A stretch of 64,000 nucleotides of DNA from Candidatus Levyibacteriota bacterium (GCA_041906785.1 JAYRIM010000028.1:121661-185660); one strand, 5' to 3'. Shown: positions 1 through 10,937, numbered from the stretch's first letter. The notes: generated from the letters alone by a model not told the origin. Translations and numbers: made by a program.

Positions 1-1526
1 AAAAATGGATTATATTTAAAAATAAGAAATACATTCCCTCAAGATTTAGAATCGTACAAAACCTAGTGTTGTTAAATGGTGAAAAAAGTAATTTTGATAC
101 GGAAATTGAATTATTAGATAAAAATGATGTTATTCTGGAAGATTCTTTTGACAAAGCAAAAATTTCGAAAATTATTATTTTACCTAAAAAAATTCAAACA
201 CCGTCACATGATATTTTCAAAAATGTTCAATTGACGCTCTATCCTGATTCTCTTTTCTATCCTATTAAAAATTTTTTTCATAAGCTTAAAAAACCAAAAG
301 TTCAAAATGTAAAACAATCAGTAGATTACCACATCGGATCTATGTTTACTAAATTAGTGGAACTTAAACATTTAGAAGAATCACATAAATCAGATTATCT
401 TACTAAACAAGTAGATACTATATTATCTATGCTCGATGGTTTAGATAAAATCTTACATAATAACTCGTCATCACTTGAAAATAACATAGAGATTATTCAA
501 GAAACAGTTAGTTATTTAGATAGCTTTGAGCAGTTTATTAATGAATTTAATATGGACTATATTATGTATAATGAGCCGATTTTACAAAAAATATCTTCAA
601 CTAAAAATAATTTAAAGAAAAAATATTCTTTCTTTCTAGGTTGTATCGATAATTGTTTTCTATATAAAGCAGAAATTCCACAAGCACACAAATATATATT
701 TCATATTTCAAGTTCAGAAAGAAAAAACATAGAGAAAATGAACATTTATAACTTTAATATGGATAATCCTCTGGATATTTCCTCAGCTACAGTTATTTCA
801 GGAATAACAGGATCAAATTATATTAAGATCTATCTTCATGCATTACATGTAAGTGATGAAATTAGTCTTACGAATAATCAATCAAAAAAAATATATGTAA
901 AAAATGATTCAAAAAAGTTTATTTTACAATTCAACTACCTCTCCGGTGAGGGCAAGTATCTTGTTAAAAAAAATTACTTTAATTCTATTTCTAAACATCG
1001 ATGGTTTGAAACAATTGCCTTAAAGAATAAATTTCCTGAGCAGTTTAGTGATGCGGTAAACCTGAATGATTACACTATTTTAGAAAGTATTGAGATTAGT
1101 CCGTTATTTAGAGATGGAATTAACAATAAGATTGAATTAGGAAAAATTGTAAAATATGATTTTGCGAATGATTTTTCTCTAGTATGGGAAGATGTCACTA
1201 AAAGTCAAGGATATATACCTAAACAATTACAATATACAGATGAATCTCCCATAAATAAGAAAGTTTTGCAATATCCGAAATTAGAAACCACAGAATATTT
1301 AGTATTCTCTGAGACATATGATGATGGTTGGCAAACTGATAAAAACTTTCAAAAAATTAAAGTTAGTGGTGGTTTAAATGCTTGGGCTATACCTGCTGGA
1401 TTTTATGGTAATATTGATATTTATTTCGAAAATCAAAAAATGTTTTACATAGGTATAACTATTTCTCTCGTAACCTTTGTTCTGTTATTAACAATATTTG
1501 CTAAACAATATAAAAATGGAAAATAA
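1..1526 (+). CDS. 5'-partial CDS: C-terminal extracytoplasmic domain plus final TM helix of a YfhO-like GT-C membrane glycosyltransferase. The frame is open back to the window start.
   Basis: The listed ORF 66..1526 begins with GTG, but the same frame has no stop back to nt 3. No TM helices occur until the C-terminus. The C-terminal motif ETYDDGWQ...NAWAIPAGFYGNIDIYF...ISLVTFVLLL resembles the YfhO C-terminus (xYDxGWKA...VP.G.H.V.F.Y plus terminal TM). Confidence 0.45.
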   Translation, partial: KWIIFKNKKYIPSRFRIVQNLVLLNGEKSNFDTEIELLDKNDVILEDSFDKAKISKIIILPKKIQTPSHDIFKNVQLTLYPDSLFYPIKNFFHKLKKPKVQNVKQSVDYHIGSMFTKLVELKHLEESHKSDYLTKQVDTILSMLDGLDKILHNNSSSLENNIEIIQETVSYLDSFEQFINEFNMDYIMYNEPILQKISSTKNNLKKKYSFFLGCIDNCFLYKAEIPQAHKYIFHISSSERKNIEKMNIYNFNMDNPLDISSATVISGITGSNYIKIYLHALHVSDEISLTNNQSKKIYVKNDSKKFILQFNYLSGEGKYLVKKNYFNSISKHRWFETIALKNKFPEQFSDAVNLNDYTILESIEISPLFRDGINNKIELGKIVKYDFANDFSLVWEDVTKSQGYIPKQLQYTDESPINKKVLQYPKLETTEYLVFSETYDDGWQTDKNFQKIKVSGGLNAWAIPAGFYGNIDIYFENQKMFYIGITISLVTFVLLLTIFAKQYKNGK

Positions 1527-1854
1527 TTTATTTTTGGATAAAAAAAGATTATTAGCTTTCACAATTTTTTTAATATTACTTGTAAATTTGATCAATATAC
1601 CTTATTTAAGTATTTTTTTTGAGCAAATTATTGTTTTTTATGTATTCTTTCTTTTAATACCTTTTGTATTTAGATTTTCTTTACAAGCGACGATATTTTA
1701 TACTTTGTTTTTTTTCATTGTTTGTTGCGCACTATTACTTGTTGGGGCAAATATTATCGCAGAAGAATTTGCTAATATTATTTACTTCTTACTTGTTTAT
1801 ATCTTTATTAAATTTATTATGAAAGTTAGAGAAAGTGATCTTCTTAAGAAATAA
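1498..1854 (+). CDS. small hydrophobic membrane protein (hypothetical)
   Basis: 118-aa ORF with 3-4 predicted TM segments; no recognisable motif. Confidence 0.3.
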   Translation: MLNNIKMENNLFLDKKRLLAFTIFLILLVNLINIPYLSIFFEQIIVFYVFFLLIPFVFRFSLQATIFYTLFFFIVCCALLLVGANIIAEEFANIIYFLLVYIFIKFIMKVRESDLLKK

Positions 1855-2887
1855 ACTTAAGCAATTTTAAAATTCCTAATTTTGGAAGACTTTTATTATC
1901 TGAAACATTGCTCTTTCCAACCTCTTTGAAATGTAGTCGATTTTTAACAAACCAATCGTAATTTTCTATAAACAACTCTGCATTTGTTTTTTTTGGTTTC
2001 CATTTGAGCTTTGTTTTTACTTTATGAGTATCTGAGTATAATGATCGTCCTAACATTGTATACTGATAAACTCCGAGAGGTGACAGATTAAATCTATCAA
2101 GAATTGATAAAAGTAAAATTGTGAATCCTGTAGGCAAAGAGATTACTTTTGACTTACTTTTCGCATGTTCGATAACTTCATTATAAATTTGTTTAATTGT
2201 TAATATCTGATCTGCACCTATATTATAGATTTCGAAATCCTTTCTTTTACTTGCCTTTAGTAATGCAACACATAAGTCCTGAACATTTATAAATTGGTAT
2301 TTATTATCTCCCTTTCCTAAAGTATATATATTTTTCCCGGCATGAATAAACTGAAACAATATTCCTTGTAGGCCTAATCTTCCTACACCAGACACAACAG
2401 GACAGCGAAAAATTTGGATTGGTATCTTTCCTCTGTATTCCTCTAAAACACGTTCTGCCTCTAATTTGCTTTTTCCATATATTTCTAATGGCCTTGTTAT
2501 TGTTTTTTCTGTTACTGGATTTTTAGGTGGTAATCCATATACTGTATTACTTGAAGTAAACATAAAAGACTTAGCTTTTTTTCTTAAAGCTAGTTCTATA
2601 ATATTTCTTGTCCCTTCAATATTTGTTTTCCATAGAGTGTTTTTAGAAACTGTTTTATTAGGTAGAGAAGCAGCGAGATGGAATACATAATCGATTTTCC
2701 CAATTTTTTGTTCTAGCCTTTTTAAATCTTTACTAACAAGAATATTTCCTTTTATAAAGGTAACATCTTTATTTTCTGGAGATAATAGATCAAAGACAGT
2801 TATCTTATATCCTTTTTTAAGCAGATAATTACACAGTTGAGTTCCTATAAATCCAGAACCACCTGTTATAAGTGCTTTTTTTTGCAT
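1844..2887 (-). CDS. NAD-dependent epimerase/dehydratase (SDR, nucleotide-sugar modifying)
   Basis: N-terminal Rossmann motif TGGSGFIG; length and layout typical of the UDP-sugar epimerase/dehydratase family. Confidence 0.75.
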   Translation of the reverse strand: MQKKALITGGSGFIGTQLCNYLLKKGYKITVFDLLSPENKDVTFIKGNILVSKDLKRLEQKIGKIDYVFHLAASLPNKTVSKNTLWKTNIEGTRNIIELALRKKAKSFMFTSSNTVYGLPPKNPVTEKTITRPLEIYGKSKLEAERVLEEYRGKIPIQIFRCPVVSGVGRLGLQGILFQFIHAGKNIYTLGKGDNKYQFINVQDLCVALLKASKRKDFEIYNIGADQILTIKQIYNEVIEHAKSKSKVISLPTGFTILLLSILDRFNLSPLGVYQYTMLGRSLYSDTHKVKTKLKWKPKKTNAELFIENYDWFVKNRLHFKEVGKSNVSDNKSLPKLGILKLLKFIS

Positions 2888-2897
2888 AAAAGAAGAG

Positions 2898-3434
2898 TTA
2901 TTTCTTGTCGGCAGAAGTTATAGCATTTGTTATTTCTTTCATGTTTTGCTCTGAAAAATAAAGAACATTTTTGAAATTTTCCTTGTGTTCTTTCGGAACT
3001 GTAGAGATAAATTTTTTTAAATATCTTTGGTGAACAGAAGATGCAAGTTTCAATCTTTCAAATGTTTCATCCTTGATCTTTGCAGGGTTTTGTTTTACCA
3101 AATTACTTATTAATGTCATATTATTTTCTGCTTTTAATGCAGTATCTAATGCAAGTTTATAATTTTTTTTATCTATTAGAGAATTCGCTGCATTAATTCC
3201 CTTGTCTGTTTGCAAAACATAAAAATCGACTTTTTTAATAGTATCTGTTATCAAGATGGGAGTAATCTTGTCTCTAATTTTTTTAAGTGAATACAATGGA
3301 TTATCTGGTAAAATCCCAGGATATGCGAGGGAGTAATCTGCAGATTTTTCGCCTTTTGCGAATGTTGTAGTTGGTAAAATTACTGTAGATAGTAAAAGAA
3401 CAAAGAAAATAAAAAATGCAATTTTTTGTAACAT
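2898..3434 (-). CDS. secreted/membrane-anchored hypothetical protein
   Basis: N-terminal hydrophobic signal-like segment; no catalytic motif seen. Confidence 0.35.
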   Translation of the reverse strand: MLQKIAFFIFFVLLLSTVILPTTTFAKGEKSADYSLAYPGILPDNPLYSLKKIRDKITPILITDTIKKVDFYVLQTDKGINAANSLIDKKNYKLALDTALKAENNMTLISNLVKQNPAKIKDETFERLKLASSVHQRYLKKFISTVPKEHKENFKNVLYFSEQNMKEITNAITSADKK

Positions 3435-3516
3435 GTTCTTACTATAGCACAGCTATAAAAATAGTCAATATAAATTATTTCAAAACAGATGTGCTTGATG
3501 ATATAATCAAGATATA

Positions 3517-4197
3517 ATGTTATTATCTATTATTATTCCTTCTTATAACAGTGGAGAAAGACTAGTAGAACTTATAAAGCGTCTACAAAAAATAAAAATT
3601 AAAAATATTAAAAGTGAAATCATCATTATTAATGATGCTTCAAAAGATCCAATTTATAATAAGATAAGAACACTCAGAAACATCACATATATTGAACATA
3701 AAGAAAATAAAGGAAAAGGGGGATCAGTACGAACGGGTTTTGAGAATGCTAGAGGTGATATCCTTCTCATTCAAGATGACGACTTAGAATATATACCTGA
3801 AGATATTCCAAAGTTAATAGAGCCAATTATAAAGAAAAAAACAGAAGTTGTATATGGTTCTAGAAGGCTAAATAAAAATAATAAATACTCGTCATGGACA
3901 TATTTTTTTGGTGGTGCTTTTATTAATATGCTTTTTAGAATCTTTTTAAGAACTTCTTTAACAGATGCAATCACAGGCTCTAAGGTAATTACAAGAAATG
4001 TTTACAATCATATAAAGCCAATAGAAGTAAAAGGTTTTGAGATAGAGGCAGAATTGACAGCGAAAATTTTACATAAAGGTTTTACTATTTTAGAAATTCC
4101 TATACGTTACATTCCACGTACACATAAAGAAGGGAAAAATATAAGATGGCACCATGCTTTTAGAATTATTAAAACACTTCTTTCTTATTCTTTTTAA
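3517..4197 (+). CDS. GT2 family glycosyltransferase (DPM1/polyprenol-phosphate sugar synthase-like)
   Basis: SIIIPSYNSGERL ... IIINDASKD ... LIQDDDLEY motifs (GT-A fold, DxD). Confidence 0.8.
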   Translation: MLLSIIIPSYNSGERLVELIKRLQKIKIKNIKSEIIIINDASKDPIYNKIRTLRNITYIEHKENKGKGGSVRTGFENARGDILLIQDDDLEYIPEDIPKLIEPIIKKKTEVVYGSRRLNKNNKYSSWTYFFGGAFINMLFRIFLRTSLTDAITGSKVITRNVYNHIKPIEVKGFEIEAELTAKILHKGFTILEIPIRYIPRTHKEGKNIRWHHAFRIIKTLLSYSF

Positions 4198-4211
4198 ACA
4201 CAACCATTTGT

Positions 4212-5168
4212 TCATAAAGAAACTTTTTTATCTTCTGGAGGTTCCCCATGACAAACGCCTTCACCTTTGTCTGTAAAAGTTTGCCCGTTAATTGGTTTAA
4301 ACTCCCAGCTGTAACTTTTATCATACAATGTTAATACAAGGACACCGTATGAATTGTTCTCTTTTATCTCACTGTTTCTTGCAGGTCTTCCTAAATTATG
4401 AAGCATAGTTCCACCTGTACCAACGACAAATGATCGAATTCCATACTCGTTGTCTATTTGACCTATTGGATTTAATGGTGGAAAGCGTTCATACATGTGA
4501 TCGTGTCCGGCAAGACTAATATCGCTTCCTGCATTGTAAAGTACTTCCCAAAAAGGTAAAACTGCTTGATCATTACTCGATGGTCCTGAGCTGAATCGTG
4601 GATGATGTCTATAGGCAAGTGTGCAAAAGTTTCTATGTTTATCAAGGTCTTCTTTAAGCCATGTAATCTGTTCAGAATGTTCACAATCAGGATCTTCCAC
4701 ACAAAGCTGGCTATTCAATGCAATAATATGCCATTTACCTATATCATAACTATAAAACCCTTTCCCTTCTTCTCCTGCACGTTTACCAAAATACTTAAAG
4801 TAGGCTGATGCATTCTCGGTATGATATTCATGGTTACCCACAGCTGGTCTTATTCTAGATTTCAATTTTCCCCAGGCTGGATCAAAACAATTCATGAAAT
4901 CATCCCAAGATCCATCTGGGTATCCTATATCGCCTAAAAGCGCTATTGTCCCCGGCAATTGGCCAACGAGTTGAGCAACTTTTTCATCATATTCTGAATT
5001 ACAATCTCCAATATCCCCTACTGCTATCAAAAAATGTTTTGCTACCTTATTTTTTTCAGATTCTGAGGGGTTTGTGCCATCAGTAGTAAAAATTTTATCA
5101 CTATTGTTTCTAACAATAATAATCGATATTATTACTACTATACAGATGAGCGCCAAAAACTTTTTCAT
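4212..5168 (-). CDS. calcineurin-like metallophosphoesterase (purple acid phosphatase-like), secreted/anchored
   Basis: GDIGY...GNHEY...GHDHMYER metallophosphatase signature motifs; N-terminal TM/signal. Confidence 0.75.
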   Translation of the reverse strand: MKKFLALICIVVIISIIIVRNNSDKIFTTDGTNPSESEKNKVAKHFLIAVGDIGDCNSEYDEKVAQLVGQLPGTIALLGDIGYPDGSWDDFMNCFDPAWGKLKSRIRPAVGNHEYHTENASAYFKYFGKRAGEEGKGFYSYDIGKWHIIALNSQLCVEDPDCEHSEQITWLKEDLDKHRNFCTLAYRHHPRFSSGPSSNDQAVLPFWEVLYNAGSDISLAGHDHMYERFPPLNPIGQIDNEYGIRSFVVGTGGTMLHNLGRPARNSEIKENNSYGVLVLTLYDKSYSWEFKPINGQTFTDKGEGVCHGEPPEDKKVSL

Positions 5169-5194
5169 ATTTCAGAACTAAAGTATAGTATATC

Positions 5195-6679
5195 TTGGGG
5201 TTAATAGCTATGAGAAAAAGAACACAACATTCTGTTATTGATACTGTAACAGATTTTATAATCAAAAAGAATTTTTTGTATCTAATTCCAGGTATTGTTT
5301 GGATATTTTTTAATCTTTTTTTTCTACCTTTTCAAATTGGAACTGAAGTAATGCATCGACCTTGGCTTGTAATGAGAGGAGAAATTCCTTATAGGGATTT
5401 TGAATGGATAAGAAATCCTCTAGATATCTTTTTACTTGCTAGTTCATTTAAAGTTTTTGGTTTTAATGGTTTAACACTTCGCATTTTTGTTTTTTTGATG
5501 TACACCTCTATTGCAATAACAATTTATTTTTGTGTCAGAAATATATTGAAAAATCAGGCACTTAGAAGTTTCTATATTTATATAATCATGCTTTTTCCTT
5601 TATTTATGAATACACAGATAGGAGAGGCGTTAGTAGGTTTTTTCATTTTTTTGTCGTTCTATATGTTTTGGAAGTTTACAAGTACAAACTATAATAGATT
5701 TCTTTTACTGTCTGGAGTTTTCTCCGGGCTTTCTCTTCTTACGAAACAAACATCAATAGGAATATTAACAGCGATAGGGTTAACATTATTTCTTTTTTAT
5801 TTTAGAAAGTCATTTTTAAAAAAGGTATTTATTTATATATTAGGTGTCTCTTGTATGTATTTAATTTTCATTCTCTATCTTCTCGCGAATAATGCACTGG
5901 ATGATTATTTTTATTACGCTATTTATTTTAACCTTTTCATTTATAGAGAGATTGCTGGGAGATGGGGATTAAATGAAGGAGTAAAAATGTTGATTTTATT
6001 TTTTTCCTTAGTATTTCCTTTTTCCTTTCTAAAATTAAAGAATTTTCCAAGTGTAAATAGATTTTTAATAATCTTGATTATGATCTGTATGATTCCTACT
6101 TTACTACCTTCATTCTGGTCATATAGATTGAATACGGTGCTTCCAATATTTAGCATTATTGCTTCTGTAGTGTTGTCAAAAGTATACGACCTTATCAAAC
6201 AGCGCGATAGATCTATAATTACTACATTCTCTGCTGTGATGATTCTAATCTTTCTCTATATTTTTATTTATTTCTTCAATCAATATAAGTCATTTATTAA
6301 AAACTATGGAGTTAGTTGGTCTCCTTTTATCTATGATTACTCTCAAAAAGAAATAAAAGCTGGCAAGTGGTTAAATCATAACACAGACCCCGGACAAACA
6401 ATATTTAATACAGCAAGTAATATAATTATGGTATTTAGTGAACGAGATCACCATAATAGATATATAGATGGATTACCGTGGGTTTATTATCCATATGACG
6501 AAACTTTTAAAGAAATTACGAAAGTACCTCCGAGGATTGTGATATGGGATAAGAACCTACCTTCTAATTGGCCAGAATTAAAAAATTGGAAGTTTATACC
6601 GTTTCTTAACAAAAACTATATTCTCAAAAAAAGTTTCGGAGAAATAGAAATTTATTTTTTGAAGAAAAATGTTATTTAG
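5195..6679 (+). CDS. polytopic GT-C-type membrane glycosyltransferase (GT39/GT87-like)
   Basis: At least 9 TM helices; WLVMRGEIPYRDFEWIRNPL resembles the GxxPYxDxW loop motif of GT-C mannosyltransferases. Confidence 0.45.
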   Translation: MGLIAMRKRTQHSVIDTVTDFIIKKNFLYLIPGIVWIFFNLFFLPFQIGTEVMHRPWLVMRGEIPYRDFEWIRNPLDIFLLASSFKVFGFNGLTLRIFVFLMYTSIAITIYFCVRNILKNQALRSFYIYIIMLFPLFMNTQIGEALVGFFIFLSFYMFWKFTSTNYNRFLLLSGVFSGLSLLTKQTSIGILTAIGLTLFLFYFRKSFLKKVFIYILGVSCMYLIFILYLLANNALDDYFYYAIYFNLFIYREIAGRWGLNEGVKMLILFFSLVFPFSFLKLKNFPSVNRFLIILIMICMIPTLLPSFWSYRLNTVLPIFSIIASVVLSKVYDLIKQRDRSIITTFSAVMILIFLYIFIYFFNQYKSFIKNYGVSWSPFIYDYSQKEIKAGKWLNHNTDPGQTIFNTASNIIMVFSERDHHNRYIDGLPWVYYPYDETFKEITKVPPRIVIWDKNLPSNWPELKNWKFIPFLNKNYILKKSFGEIEIYFLKKNVI

Positions 6680-8123
6680 CCTTATTACACTTGGTAATTG
6701 CTTCTTTCTCATTTCTCTGCTCAATAGTATCTTCAGTAGCATAAAAATAAAAAGTTTTAGGCTGATTTTTTTTCCAAGTAACCCGCATCTTTTTTAATGA
6801 TTCACAATCAAATACAACCTCAATTTTTTCATAATCTTTGTTATAGTAAACAGCCAAAGACCCGCTGTGCGGTAAAACACCTACATCTGTAACCCTAGAG
6901 ATTCTATTAATTTCCGGTACACCATTTCCATCAAAATATACTATAGAAAAGTTTGGTAAACTTTTAATTTTTCCTCGTATGTAGTCAAAAAGCTCTTTTC
7001 CATATCTTCTGTCTTGAGTAATTTCCTCTTGGTACTTTCGGTGTTGCATGTATTGAGGAATAAATGCCAAGCTAATAACTACAGGAAATAATAAATAAAG
7101 AATTTTATTTTTATATTGCATTAATCTCCAAATAATCCCTGCAGTTAAGATTGCATAAAAAGGTCTAATAGCGAATAAATATCGATCATAAGAAATATAG
7201 TAATCTCCAAAAATAAAAACAAATCCTGCAACCCCTAATAGTAACAATGAATATATTAATAGAAGTTTTTTATTTTTGAGTAAAAGAATAAATGTCGTTA
7301 AACATAAGAAAAATACAGATGGTAATAGAGATAGAGAAGAAAGATCAATATTGTAGATCGATAGTGTAGATGTATGAGGTATAAATACGCTCTGAACTGT
7401 TTTGGTAAAATTTTGCAATGTGTGTAAATTAAGATGTGCAAACAGCTTAGGTAACGTATGTATTTTAGAGTCAAAAAAGAAAAATCGAGGCATAACATAA
7501 TAGATTAAGTAATATATGAAAATAAAAGGTAAAAATGAAATAATTAAATATTTTATTTTTACAGATTTGACTATAAAAAGATATGTAAACAACAAATAAA
7601 GAATAAGCATATGTGCTCTATAAGGAAAGAATAAGACAGTAATGAAAGCGAAAAATATCGATATTACAAAATACTTTTTGTTATGCGTCTGAGAGTAAAA
7701 TGTAAAAGACATAAGGGTAGAAAAAAGGGTTAGTATAAATTCGTTTATTCGTATTCCTTCAGACATTGTATACAATGCATCTGATCCTACAAAAGAAAAA
7801 ATATAAAAGAAGCCAGCCATGAATGAAGAAAAGTTATTTTTAAAAAGCAGATAAGAATAAAAATAAATAACGAGAGAGGTTATTATAAATAATAAGAAAG
7901 AAAAAGCATAATAGTACACAGGTTCAAGACCAAATAGCATAATGAGTGGATTAAATATATATGACATTGCATAATAAGGATAAAAGAGAGTTTGGTTATG
8001 TCGTTGATAGTAAAGAATAGTGAAATCATCAAGTGCAAAGTTAAAAAGGAGAATAGTGCCAAATGAAAAAAATGAAAATAAAGCAAATAGAATTAAGACG
8101 ATTCTAGAGTCTCTTTTATACAT
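6672..8123 (-). CDS. polytopic membrane protein, GT-C or Wzy-like (hypothetical)
   Basis: Many TM helices followed by a C-terminal soluble domain; sits in the glycan locus. Confidence 0.35.
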   Translation of the reverse strand: MYKRDSRIVLILFALFSFFSFGTILLFNFALDDFTILYYQRHNQTLFYPYYAMSYIFNPLIMLFGLEPVYYYAFSFLLFIITSLVIYFYSYLLFKNNFSSFMAGFFYIFSFVGSDALYTMSEGIRINEFILTLFSTLMSFTFYSQTHNKKYFVISIFFAFITVLFFPYRAHMLILYLLFTYLFIVKSVKIKYLIISFLPFIFIYYLIYYVMPRFFFFDSKIHTLPKLFAHLNLHTLQNFTKTVQSVFIPHTSTLSIYNIDLSSLSLLPSVFFLCLTTFILLLKNKKLLLIYSLLLLGVAGFVFIFGDYYISYDRYLFAIRPFYAILTAGIIWRLMQYKNKILYLLFPVVISLAFIPQYMQHRKYQEEITQDRRYGKELFDYIRGKIKSLPNFSIVYFDGNGVPEINRISRVTDVGVLPHSGSLAVYYNKDYEKIEVVFDCESLKKMRVTWKKNQPKTFYFYATEDTIEQRNEKEAITKCNKAK

Positions 8124-8174
8124 GTAGTATGTTAGAATATTTCTTATAGAAATTATAACTCAACTTTTCGATAA

Positions 8175-8873
8175 ATGAAAAAACCAAATGTATCTATTAT
8201 TTTCCCTGTCCACAATGAAGAAGAGGGAATAACAGAGTTTATCAAGTACGTTTTTAAACAATTGAAACAAGTAGATTTTACATATGAAGTTTTCTTTATT
8301 GAAAATGGTTCTCGTGATAATAGTTTTAATATTTTAAAAGAATTGCAGAAGGAATTCGAATTTAAACTTTTAAAATCAAGGAAGGGGTGGGGAAATGCCG
8401 TAAAAGAAGGTTTTAAAAACGCGCAAGGAGAATATATTTGTTATATGGTTTCAGATTGGCAGGTAGATCCGAAATATATTTCGTTTTTAATGGAAAAAAT
8501 TACTAAATCAAATTTTGATATGGTGAAAGTAAGTAGGATGACAAGGGAAAATAAAACTAGATTAGTTAACTCACGATTATATAATTTACTTGCAATAATT
8601 TTATTTGGAACAAAAACATTCGATATTAACGCTACACCCAAGATAATAAAAGCAAAGATTATTAAAAATAAGCAATTTATTTCAGAAAATATAGCGTTTG
8701 ATTTAGAGTTATTATTATTTCTAAAAAAAAATAAATATAAGTGGAAGGATTTTTCAGTACCATCTTCCAAGCGAAAGACTGGAGTTTCCACAACAAATAT
8801 AAAATCTATTATTGAAATGCTCCGCTATATGATGATATTTAGATTTAGTTCACCTGTTAGAAAAGAACTATAG
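8175..8873 (+). CDS. GT2 family glycosyltransferase
   Basis: VSIIFPVHNEEEGI ... FFIENGSRDNS ... GEYICYMVSDWQVDP motifs. Confidence 0.75.
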   Translation: MKKPNVSIIFPVHNEEEGITEFIKYVFKQLKQVDFTYEVFFIENGSRDNSFNILKELQKEFEFKLLKSRKGWGNAVKEGFKNAQGEYICYMVSDWQVDPKYISFLMEKITKSNFDMVKVSRMTRENKTRLVNSRLYNLLAIILFGTKTFDINATPKIIKAKIIKNKQFISENIAFDLELLLFLKKNKYKWKDFSVPSSKRKTGVSTTNIKSIIEMLRYMMIFRFSSPVRKEL

Positions 8874-9875
8874 CACGGATTGATAGTGTTCAGTTTTTCC
8901 TTGTATTATTCCATATGTTCTACAAAGTTCTAAAACCCTTTGAGGTCTTCTCATAAACATCTCAAGTCTCTCTCTTTCGTGCCTTTGTCCAGGAGCCGGA
9001 TCTAATAAACTAGTTATTCGTCTTGCTAAAAAAGTATATGCTGGCGACACAGGTAGAAATTCGTCAGCTACTGGTTCACGATGAAAAACTTCTTTAATTA
9101 AATTATCAGATTGTGTTTTTGCTACTCCATCGGGATCTTCACCATGAATTTGGGTACGTAGCCAGGAATGAAAATCACCAATAGGGAATCCTATATGCGC
9201 TGCAAGGTCATTAATTCTTTGGATACCCCAGTTTCTGTATTCGAGCCAACGTTGCTTTGGCAGATTCTTGGGGCTGTCTAAATTATTTGCGTGTCTGTTG
9301 ATTAAGTCTTCAAATCTTTTTTCTATAGGTATAATAGTCCCCGCTACTGACCAACTTGCAATTTGTGTTATAGCTGGATCCCAATGTATATCTGATGGAG
9401 AAGTTGCAATTACAGGCCCGACGCTTTTTTCCGGAAAACCACGTGCTCGCTGTATCTTCTCCATAGTTGTAATTAAAGATAAAGGCAGACCTTCTTGTAT
9501 GGCGATAAGTGTTGCTAGATCTATATCTGTATGATCTTTCATATATATGTTAATAGCTTCATTTGCATGTCCAGCCGTTCCTTCATTTGCAAGTTTTCGT
9601 GGAGCGTGATAAGCAGCCATAGTTTCCAAAATAGTGTCTGGTTTTATCACTATTTGATCTTCTGGGGATTTTGACGAATTCGCTACAGTTATTTGCTGCA
9701 TTAGAACATCTGCCACAACGCTAGTCGTTACTATATGAAGTGATAGCATCGGTAGATCGAGCGTTTCATATTTCAATAAGTAGTGAAGCATTTCAGATGA
9801 TTGTAAAGGAACATCGTCTACTTTACCAAGACGTTCCCATGGGGCATATCGTAATCGTTCAACTTTTTGTGACAT
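8868..9875 (-). CDS. hypothetical protein (orphan) with composition atypical for the locus (~40% GC)
   Basis: 335-aa intact ORF on the opposite strand within the sugar-modification block. It is poor in K/I/N compared with its neighbours and has no motif I can assign. Confidence 0.45.
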   Translation of the reverse strand: MSQKVERLRYAPWERLGKVDDVPLQSSEMLHYLLKYETLDLPMLSLHIVTTSVVADVLMQQITVANSSKSPEDQIVIKPDTILETMAAYHAPRKLANEGTAGHANEAINIYMKDHTDIDLATLIAIQEGLPLSLITTMEKIQRARGFPEKSVGPVIATSPSDIHWDPAITQIASWSVAGTIIPIEKRFEDLINRHANNLDSPKNLPKQRWLEYRNWGIQRINDLAAHIGFPIGDFHSWLRTQIHGEDPDGVAKTQSDNLIKEVFHREPVADEFLPVSPAYTFLARRITSLLDPAPGQRHERERLEMFMRRPQRVLELCRTYGIIQGKTEHYQSVL

Positions 9876-10010
9876 GTGACTGGAATTATAAAGATTTGTA
9901 AAGAAAAAACAAGTTTAGAAGACGATTATTACTGAAAAACTTTTCTAAAAAAGACTATTGAAATTATATTTCTTGTATGATAGGATCGTAATCGTTGAGT
10001 TAAATTTTTT

Positions 10011-10937
10011 ATGGATAGAAGAAAAAAATTTAAATTAATAATGATTTCCGCAATGTATGAAAATGGCGGAAACACAACTCACCGTTTCCTCGATGGCCAT
10101 CCTCAACTATTCGTTTATCCATTTGAATCGCAACCTGGAACTTTTCTAGTCTCTGATTATTTAACGACATTATTTCCGCAGAAATACCGATGGCCTGAAC
10201 TTTCTATAGCAGGAAATATTTCTGATGATTATGAGTTATTGATTGATGAAGAATTAAAAAGACATGTTAAAACTCCATTCGCAAGTAAGTTTAAAGATGC
10301 GCATATGGATTTAACGGATAAAAACAGAAAAAAAATCTTTTTAGATATTTTAAAAAAGAAACCAAGAACACGTGCAAATATCGTAGAAGCCTACTATGTA
10401 TCTACATTTGAAGCCTGGAAAGACTATCAAAGATCAGGAAAAGAAATTGCTTATGTTGGATATAGTCCTATCATAGGAGTAGATGCAGAAAAAATTTTCA
10501 GTGATTTTCCTGATGCACATGTCATTCATGTAGTGCGTAATCCTTATTCAGCATATGGGGATACGAAGAAACGTCCAGTGCCGTATTCCATATCCCGTTA
10601 TATGCAAACATGGAATATTGTTCAACTTATGGCATTAAACTTCGCAGCAATGTATCCAAGACAATTTCATATAATTAAATTTGAAGATTTAGTAGCAAGC
10701 CCTAAAAAATTATTTCAAGAATTAGCTCCTAAACTAGGTATTAGATATGCAGAAACACTTGAATATCCTTCTTGGAACGGTAAAAAGCTTGAAAAAGTTG
10801 TCCCATGGGGAACAATTATGACTCCAACGACGGATTTTAATAAGCAAGTAAAAGGTGAATTAACAAAAAAAGAATATGATGCAATTAAAGAACAGACAAG
10901 TGTGATTAATAAACTGTTAGGATATGACCGATTATAA
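10011..10937 (+). CDS. sulfotransferase-family protein (putative carbohydrate sulfotransferase)
   Basis: N-terminal SAMYENGGNTT resembles the 5'-PSB loop (PKSGTT). IHVVRNPYSAYGD resembles the 3'-PB region. C-terminal FEDLVASPKKLFQELAPKLGIRY matches the typical sulfotransferase tail (yEDLvadPe..l..ic.FLGl.y). Confidence 0.5.
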   Translation: MDRRKKFKLIMISAMYENGGNTTHRFLDGHPQLFVYPFESQPGTFLVSDYLTTLFPQKYRWPELSIAGNISDDYELLIDEELKRHVKTPFASKFKDAHMDLTDKNRKKIFLDILKKKPRTRANIVEAYYVSTFEAWKDYQRSGKEIAYVGYSPIIGVDAEKIFSDFPDAHVIHVVRNPYSAYGDTKKRPVPYSISRYMQTWNIVQLMALNFAAMYPRQFHIIKFEDLVASPKKLFQELAPKLGIRYAETLEYPSWNGKKLEKVVPWGTIMTPTTDFNKQVKGELTKKEYDAIKEQTSVINKLLGYDRL

